From: Tetramitus jugosus
Taxonomy: Eukaryota; Protista; Heterolobosea
Reading direction: 5' to 3'
Assembly: GCA_937625935.1 (NCBI GenBank)
Contig: OW569355.1
Coordinates: forward strand, 248,001 to 312,000
Length of the DNA stretch: 64,000 nucleotides
Both the position numbers and the translations under genes were made by a program. Below the pieces are notes generated by a model, which saw nothing but the letters and a program-made list of their open reading frames with translations, was not told where the DNA came from and searched no databases. Within the stretch, counting starts at the first letter, position 1. Each line of letters starts with the position of its first letter. Positions 56,739 through 64,000 of this stretch are shown here, in pieces.

Positions 56739-58728
56739 ATGCTCAAACGAGGGTCAAGAACACTGTTTTTGAGTGGCTCTTCCAAAAGTTCACGACACAT
56801 TTCTTCTTCGTACTATGGCAACAATAAGACGATTAACATTCCATGTTTGACTTTGCATCAGACACTCCACACAACAAACTATCACAACACGATTGGGTTT
56901 CGTTACTACTCGAATAATGCTCCTCCATCATCTACCATATCCTCTGCAACTTCAAGCTCTTCCTCTCCTATTACTCCGACTCCGACTTTAGGCGCCAATG
57001 CCACTACGACTACAACTCCAACTGTCATTCCTGCTCATACACTGACTTCAGAACAGCTACGATTACGAAAGGTGATTCTAATGAAGAAATTATTGGAGAG
57101 ATTGGTTGATTTAAACCGTGAAAAATCAACCTTGTTATCGACAGCGTCATCCTCGACAACAACAGCAAATCTTCAAAGCAGAGATCCAACAACAGTAACA
57201 CCATCATCCATTTTAGCATCTGTTGATCATCACTTGTTTGACGATCATCGTCACCATCAAAAGCTACAACAAGTATCTCGATCAACATCAGTTTCATCCT
57301 CCTCTTCATCATCATCATCATCATTGGAATTTTCACAACAACAAGAATCTTCATCATCATCGATACTAACATCATCCTCATCAACAACAACAACACCATC
57401 CACTCAATCATCTCCAGCAGCATTCTCTTCATCCTCTTCATCATCATCATCGTCATTCGTATCACCATCTGCACCACTACCCAATGTCACCTATGGTTTG
57501 CCTAAAAAGCTCCAAAAAATTTTGAAAAAATCAGAACAAGAGGAATACACGGAAGAGATTGGTGAGAAGGCTGTGATTCGATCCATTATTGGTAACACAT
57601 TGATCACTTCACTCAAATTCTTGGCTTATGCCACCTCTGGATCAGCTGCCATGCTCTCGGAAGCTTTCCATTCAATGATTGATTCTATTAATCAGGGTTT
57701 GTTGTATGTGGGTTTGAAACAAGCAAAACAACAACCTGATTCTCTATATCAATATGGTTATGGTCGTGCTCCCTATTTCTGGAGTTTGGTGAGTGCGATG
57801 GGCATATTTTGGATGGGATTTGGTCTTGTTGGATATCACGGTGTCAGTCAATTGCTCAATCCTCCAGAAGTCATGGAGTTTGGATATTTGACTCCACTTG
57901 TGCTCGCAACTTCCTTCTTGATTGATGGATCCGTTCTGTGGGGTGTGCTTCAAGACTTGAAGAAAAGTAAGCCAAAGGGAATGTCTCTGTATCACTATTT
58001 GAAGGGACAAAAAGATCCAATGATTCTGACAGTGCTCTTGGAAGACATTGCCGCATGTACTGGTGTTTTGTTTGCAGGTTTTGGTATTGCTGCATCCTAT
58101 GTGACCCAAAATGCAATCTATGATTCGATTGCATGTATTGGTGTCGCAGGATTGTTGGGTGTTGTGTCAGTGTTACTCGTGCAAACAAACAAGAGATTCT
58201 TGATTGGAAGAGCAGTCGAACCAGAGATTGAAAATCATATTCGTGAGATTTTAGCAAGCAGGCCTGCTATTGAAGCCATTTATGGTATGTAGTTTCATTC
58301 TCTTTATTATCATGTTTCTTGTTATTTACTTATCAACATCACTAACTCCAATGATAAAACAAATAGCTGTACAATCTCAGTACATTTCACCAACCAAGTT
58401 CTCATACAAGGCTGAGATTGACTTTAATGGCGCCTATTTCGCAGAACAGTTGATTAAGCTGGGTTATGACATTGAATTCCAAAATGTGCCAAAGGAGGAC
58501 CTAAGAAACCTGTTGGCATGCTTCTCTGAGGATGTCATGCGTCTGGTCGAGAAGGAAATTGATGATATTGAAGACGAAATCCGTCAATACTACCCAGAAG
58601 CAGGTTACATTGAGTTGGAGCCAAATGCAAATCCCCGCGATCGTAACTCCTTCCTTATCAACCAAAGACGGAAGATGAAGGAGTTGCAATCTCTATCTGA
58701 ACAATCAAACAGCAACAACTCTTTGTAA
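56739..58728 (+). CDS. Mitochondrial cation-diffusion facilitator, ZnT9/SLC30A9 (MTP7)-like (intron 58285..58366)
   Basis: SGSAAMLSEAFHSMIDSINQ, YQYGYGR..YFWSLVSAMGIF, VLLEDIAA, KAEIDFNG, IELE; long presequence-like N-terminus. Confidence 0.9.
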
Positions 58729-58903
58729 CTATACATCATAAAAATGGAAAACGACTTCATGCACCCACCCAATTGCACAAACACAAAAAATGCAACAACC
58801 AACTTGAATTTCACACAAGCAAAAAATTGTTGAACAAAAAACACAAACAAAAATCAACAACACAAGGAGACGAACAAGTTCTTTGATTCAAAACATCAAA
58901 ATC

Positions 58904-60712
58904 ATGTTTTCACTATTTAAATGGGATTATTCCCCAATGACTCAACCTCAAGTCCAACAAATCATTCATAAATCTGCCAGTCATGGTTCTTGCATTCGTT
59001 GTGCACTTTCATTTGTTCAGTGCTTTGAGGCAGAGCTCTATGCATGTCCTTCACAGCGCATTGTTCAATTGCTCAAAGAAGGCGATTTGCTTTTGGCGCC
59101 AAAAATTGCAGACGAAACTTTACAAAATGGCGACGATCAAAAAAATCACGAAGAAAAGCTTTCAGCTTCGACGACCAATGGTGAAAATCAACAATCACAA
59201 CAAGAAAACGAACAAAGCTTGATTGATTTCTATGGAGATCATGAGGGTCGTTGTTGTGTAGTTTGTAGAGGTATCTTTCAAGATAGACACTTGTTTGACA
59301 CCATTCCAAGCACAGTTTCCAATCTCTCCTCGAAGCGATTTTCATTTGAGACATTTGGCGTGTCTATTTACTTGCATCATGAGTTTATGGTTCGTGATCA
59401 TTTAATGACAGTGTTTGCTAGAGATGGTATTTATCATCCCACCATAGCATCATCCACCTCTGGTTCTTCCTCAGCTGCTATTGTTGTGATTAATTCTGAT
59501 CGAAAGAGAATTTTAAGAGATGTGTTGATTCATGTCCTCACACTTCGATTGAACAGTGATCAACAACAATTGAGACTCTCTAATAATGACAATTCCACTA
59601 GTGTCGCAAATTTCAAGAGAATACATCACAGAAAACATCAATTCGATGTTCACGTGGAAATTAAGACGAACGACGGTGTTTCCGCTGAAGAGTTGACAGT
59701 AACTGCAGTTGTTGCGGACGATCAGAGTGAAAGTGCATTGGATGCGTCTGTGAATACTGGCGACAATGATTTGTATCAATCAAGGAAGCGCCGAAAGGCA
59801 AGCAAAGAACTCGCTAAGAAGAGAGACACATTGTGCGGTGTAGTGAAGGAGTTTAATCTAAATCGATTGAAGGAGAAGTATACTTGTCCTCCTACTCTAC
59901 CAGAGAATCTATCACCTGATCAGATGCTCATACTAACCATCGATGTGACGCATTCTCCTATTTATTTCTCTGGTAGATACTTGAAGCTGATGAGAGGATT
60001 GCCACAGAGTCCATGGATCATCAAGGGCAATCCCAGCGAAAGCAAGGAGGGATCTCTGGAGGAATATATTGGAAATCAACTGCTGAAGGCATGCAATTGT
60101 GAGTCTTACAAGTTTGACAGTGCTGGAAGAGAGGATATTGATGTAAGAATGCTTGGTCAAGGAAGACCATTTGTGTTTACAATGGTCAAGCCAGTTACAA
60201 CAAAACTAAGCGATGCACAAGTGCTTGAGCTCGAAGGTTTGATCAATCAAAAGTACGAAGGCATTGTTCAGGTTAACAACCTGAAGCTATCCTTTGATAC
60301 ATCTGCTTCAAAGACAATGAGAGAGGGAGCTGTAGAGAAGAAGAAGAAATACCGATGTGTCGTGTGGTACAGTGGTATTCTTGAAGATGACAGAATACAG
60401 TACATGGAGAGTCTCAAGGATCTTAAGATCTACCAGAACACTCCAGTTCGTGTGTTGCACAGACGAGCTGAGCAAATCAGAGAAAGAATCATTCACGAAC
60501 TAAAGTGTGTCGAAAAGTTGAATGACCACTACATGGTCCTTGATTTAACAACGAGTGCAGGTACTTATGTTAAGGAGTTTGTGCATTCAGACTTTGGTCG
60601 GACAAAACCTTCGTTGGGTACCTTGTTGGCAGACAATCAAGAGGGATTGGCCATGTTCAAAGATGCCCATATCCTGCAATTAGACGTGATGGATATTGAA
60701 ATGGAGGATTAA
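58904..60712 (+). CDS. PUS10: tRNA pseudouridine synthase Pus10
   Basis: CIRC and CVVC zinc pairs; GRYLKLMRGLPQSPW; SAGREDIDVRMLGQGRPF; QNTPVRVLHRR; AGTYVKEFVHSDFGRTKPS; LQLDV. Confidence 0.95.
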   Translation: MFSLFKWDYSPMTQPQVQQIIHKSASHGSCIRCALSFVQCFEAELYACPSQRIVQLLKEGDLLLAPKIADETLQNGDDQKNHEEKLSASTTNGENQQSQQENEQSLIDFYGDHEGRCCVVCRGIFQDRHLFDTIPSTVSNLSSKRFSFETFGVSIYLHHEFMVRDHLMTVFARDGIYHPTIASSTSGSSSAAIVVINSDRKRILRDVLIHVLTLRLNSDQQQLRLSNNDNSTSVANFKRIHHRKHQFDVHVEIKTNDGVSAEELTVTAVVADDQSESALDASVNTGDNDLYQSRKRRKASKELAKKRDTLCGVVKEFNLNRLKEKYTCPPTLPENLSPDQMLILTIDVTHSPIYFSGRYLKLMRGLPQSPWIIKGNPSESKEGSLEEYIGNQLLKACNCESYKFDSAGREDIDVRMLGQGRPFVFTMVKPVTTKLSDAQVLELEGLINQKYEGIVQVNNLKLSFDTSASKTMREGAVEKKKKYRCVVWYSGILEDDRIQYMESLKDLKIYQNTPVRVLHRRAEQIRERIIHELKCVEKLNDHYMVLDLTTSAGTYVKEFVHSDFGRTKPSLGTLLADNQEGLAMFKDAHILQLDVMDIEMED

Positions 60713-60731
60713 TAAATTAATTTTACACCAT

Positions 60732-62879
60732 TTATGCAAACCTAGAGAACAACTTTGAAAGAGCAGCCACTCGCTTACCACGCTTGGATTGGACAGCGTA
60801 AGTGAAACGCGAGTCAAACAAGACACGCTTCTTTTCATCAACCAACCTCACACTAACAATGGTGTCAGAGAGACGTGATGACTTGATCTTTCTGTTTTCA
60901 ATCTTGACGTCAAATGATCGAATCTTCTGCTCTGCTTCCAGATTCAAGTTTCCAAGCTTGGTTACCCATACTTGATTACCAGAGGCAGTTTCAATCTTCT
61001 CCTCGACAAAAGCTCCTTCAATGTTCTCCGTAATATGGAATCGAATAAACATGGAATATTCGCTGACAGATGACGAAATCGGAATGACTTCCGACGATGT
61101 AGTCACCTCAATTCTCTGATCCTTCTCCGGAGTGTCATTGTCACTGTCTACCATATCCAAAAAGATGCTCTCCAATTTGCACTCGGAACTCGACACGTGA
61201 TGAATCTTGAATGAAATCCTGTCCTTGTGTGCCTCAATCACCGCATTGTTCACTGCTCTCGAATGAGACAAATCTCCGTACTGGAACGACACGGACAACA
61301 TTTCTTCATACTTCCAGTGAGCAAATTTGAACTCGTTGGACACAACAAGTGGCAACTCTCTTGCATCTGCTTCTGTAATCACATTTTCCAACACTGTAAT
61401 CACCTCTGTTTTCTTGTCTGTTCGGAAAATGAAGCCCGGAGCACCAGACACGTGCAAAAACAAGAAATTGTCATTCAATTCGCTCACAGTCAACTGAGAA
61501 ATCATATCGAGACTGACCATTCGTTTCAACTTGTAATTTCTTACATTGAGCGTATACAAGAATTTTTCACTTACAATCAAAATTCGCTTGTGTTGCTTCA
61601 TCTTTGAATTCACTTGAACCACTTCGGCATTGAACAACAAGATTTGATCATTGTTTTGCTTGAACAAATTTTGAATAATGGGACTGTTTTCGTTGAATCG
61701 GTAGTGTCCACTGGTTTTACGGTAGCGGAACGATGCAGTTGAACGTTGTTTCTTTCCCATGTATAAGTCACCATTTTCTGTTTTTTCTGCTGTTGTTTTT
61801 TCATTATTTTCATTATTTTCATTGACAATTGTTTCAGTGGTTTCAGTTGTTTCAATTGTTTCAGTGGTAGTGTTGTTCACTTCATTTGTTGGAGTAGTTG
61901 CAGCAATTGTAGTAGTTGTAGTAGTGGAAGTACTGGGTGTCTCTTGTGGTTGTTGTTGTTCAGTTGTTGGTGTGGTTGTTGCTGCTGTTGATGACTGTTG
62001 TTGTTGTTGTTGTTGTTGTTGATTGGCTTCGGACAATTCAGGATTGGTCTCTGTTTCTTCAACGACAGTGACTGTAGTGACAGAGTGAGGTTGATGAGAG
62101 CTACTGTTGTTACTGTTATTGGGTTCTACATTGGTTTTTTCGTCATCTGCTGCTGTTGTTGTTGATTGTTGAGGTGATGATGGTGATGGTTGTTGTGAAG
62201 ATGATGATGACGACGATGGTGAGGATGAAGCTTGTTTGAGACTGTTGCGTCTCTTGTTGACTTTTTTGCCAATCGTGTCGCGAATCGTTCCAAGAACACT
62301 AGACTCTGTTACAATGGTCTCTTGTCTCACTGTGATGACCTCTGAGAAACGAACGGAACGAGTGAGAACGTCTCTTGGAGTAGCATTACTACTGGAAGAG
62401 GTGTTGGTATCTTGTTGTTGTTGTTGTTCAGCTTCAGCTTCTGTTTCTTCCTTATGAGCTACAACTTTTTCTTCTTCTTGTTCGTTGTTGTTGTTGGAAG
62501 AAGTGGTAGCTTCAGCAACAGTAGTTGTAGCTTCAGTTGTTGTTGTTGTTGTAGCTATGGTTGACTCATTGTCATTTGTGTTGGTGGTGGTTGTTGGTTG
62601 TTGTTGTTCGTCATTTTCGACTTTTTGTATGGATGGTTGTTCATTACCATTGTTGTTGCTGTTTGAATGTTGTTCCTCATCAGCTGATGGGAGTGGTGGG
62701 TCAGTGCTCTGTGGAGCTCCAACATCAGCAGCAGTAGGTGATGATGGAGGAGAATTAGGGTTGAGCGGGCTTAATGGTGGTTCATTGTTGGGCTCAATGG
62801 TGGTATGATCGTTGTCATCCAGAGTTGGCTTTTGGGTGGTGTTGTCTGGTGAGTGGTGGTTGGTGGCAGTGTCAGACAT
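60732..62879 (-). CDS. Motorless myosin-I tail (TH1) domain protein with RhoGDI-like C-terminal domain
   Basis: TH1 pattern ILLFNAEVVQVNSKMKQHKRILIVSEKFLY...LKRMVSL..ISQLTVSELNDNFLFLHV.....IFRTDKKTEVI; about 370-aa T/E/Q/N-rich disordered N-terminus; no myosin motor motifs. Confidence 0.75.
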   Translation of the reverse strand: MSDTATNHHSPDNTTQKPTLDDNDHTTIEPNNEPPLSPLNPNSPPSSPTAADVGAPQSTDPPLPSADEEQHSNSNNNGNEQPSIQKVENDEQQQPTTTTNTNDNESTIATTTTTTEATTTVAEATTSSNNNNEQEEEKVVAHKEETEAEAEQQQQQDTNTSSSSNATPRDVLTRSVRFSEVITVRQETIVTESSVLGTIRDTIGKKVNKRRNSLKQASSSPSSSSSSSQQPSPSSPQQSTTTAADDEKTNVEPNNSNNSSSHQPHSVTTVTVVEETETNPELSEANQQQQQQQQQSSTAATTTPTTEQQQPQETPSTSTTTTTTIAATTPTNEVNNTTTETIETTETTETIVNENNENNEKTTAEKTENGDLYMGKKQRSTASFRYRKTSGHYRFNENSPIIQNLFKQNNDQILLFNAEVVQVNSKMKQHKRILIVSEKFLYTLNVRNYKLKRMVSLDMISQLTVSELNDNFLFLHVSGAPGFIFRTDKKTEVITVLENVITEADARELPLVVSNEFKFAHWKYEEMLSVSFQYGDLSHSRAVNNAVIEAHKDRISFKIHHVSSSECKLESIFLDMVDSDNDTPEKDQRIEVTTSSEVIPISSSVSEYSMFIRFHITENIEGAFVEEKIETASGNQVWVTKLGNLNLEAEQKIRSFDVKIENRKIKSSRLSDTIVSVRLVDEKKRVLFDSRFTYAVQSKRGKRVAALSKLFSRFA

Positions 62880-64000
62880 GATGTTTTCTTTGTTTGTTGT
62901 TGTTGGTGCTGACGGATCTGAATTGTGATGATTTGGTATGGATGTGTCGATGATGTTTTTTTCGAAGGGAATAAAAATCTGACAAACAAAAGGTACTCAA
63001 CACTCGAGTAAAGCAAGTTGGGGTTTTACAAGATTACAACCTTGATTGGATGATGTGTGAACACTACGAGTGAATTTTGCTTGACGGGTGTGGCGGGGCA
63101 CTCAGATATCAAGCTTGGAGAAAGGACGTTGGTAGTTTTCCGTTTGTTTCTACTCGCTCGTCGTTGAGGTTAACTGGATTCTGGGTATGGATTCGGTTCA
63201 ACAACTGTGAAATCCCGATGACAGGTGTCATTTGCGCAATGTCGGAATTTAATCGAGTTTTTCCTGTTCAGGCAATGAATGCTTGGAACACAAGAAAGTT
63301 GAGCGCCAAAACAAACAGTTGAACAACAATGGCGATGGAGAAAGAGCTCGCTGGTTTGAACGTTCCTCTTCTCACTTGTTTCGCTTGTTTTGTCATTGGG
63401 GTGAGGGGAGTGATAGTGCGCATAATTACTGTACAAACTAGAATGATGTTCCGGAGTCAGTTGACCAAAGGATGGTTGATTCGCTTGAGTGTTTTGTTGT
63501 TTTCTTTGATCATTGTTGGTGGCTGATCAAATTTTCTAGTTTCTTATAAATACGATGAGTATGTATGCCATTAATTAATACTGGAATATTAGAGGCGGTG
63601 GTAGAATAGCTGTCTAACTGCAGCCGTCTGCAGTCGGCCTCCGAACGCCAATGTCCCGAGTTGGCACAGCAAATAGCTTTGAGCCAACGAAAAAATCGTA
63701 AAATCAGAGCTAGCACCCCAAAAAAATGAACTGGTCAGGTCTCCAATGTTCCATGCACAGTGGCCAAGAAAAAAAGTCGCGAATGCTTGCTTTTAGCGCA
63801 GGAACATTTTTAACAGCCTAGTTTAAGGGCTTGGTTATCAGCGCGTGTGAATGAAGAAAAGCACTTAATTTGGACAATTCCGTCTTACCCGTCCACTTTT
63901 TTCGTAATTACTCATTGTCTAAGTTGCTCAAACTAGTTCTCTGGGTTGATCAGACTCGACTCCAATTTCCTTTTGTTTGCTTCGAAATAGACCTGAATAC

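Overview
Gene-dense, AT-rich eukaryotic nuclear DNA, not prokaryotic. It holds about 38 protein genes, 21 short GT-AG spliceosomal introns that I placed by restoring reading frames (40-210 bp, mostly 5'-biased), CAA-rich 5' leaders and very short intergenic gaps. The style, plus the flagellar gene IQUB, suggests a free-living flagellated or amoeboflagellate protist; Heterolobosea is a plausible but unproven guess. Recognisable housekeeping genes: IQUB, CIR1, Alba/RPP25-like, VAMP7, LOA1/VPS66-like, API5, kish/TMEM167 (absent from the ORF track), RPS10, NAP1, DENR, RasGAP, COG6, YTM1/WDR12, kinesin, NOG2, SLC30A9-like and PUS10. Most interesting signals: (i) two divergently oriented, intronless F-box genes with 66-bp LRR cassettes that keep an invariant framework, vary strongly at the binding-face positions and show signs of cassette exchange, within a cluster of four F-box genes in the first 22 kb; (ii) a C2-C2-SPRY-WW-PCMTD-like-UBA fusion protein, a possible isoaspartate-damage ubiquitin adaptor; (iii) a motorless myosin-I TH1 plus RhoGDI-like protein and a kinesin-1-like motor with a PH domain; (iv) decayed duplicated fragments at 16.4-17.5 kb; (v) a recurrent E2F-like promoter motif. 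I found no rRNA, tRNA, CRISPR array or recognisable transposon. All family assignments come from motifs recognised by eye, not from database searches.
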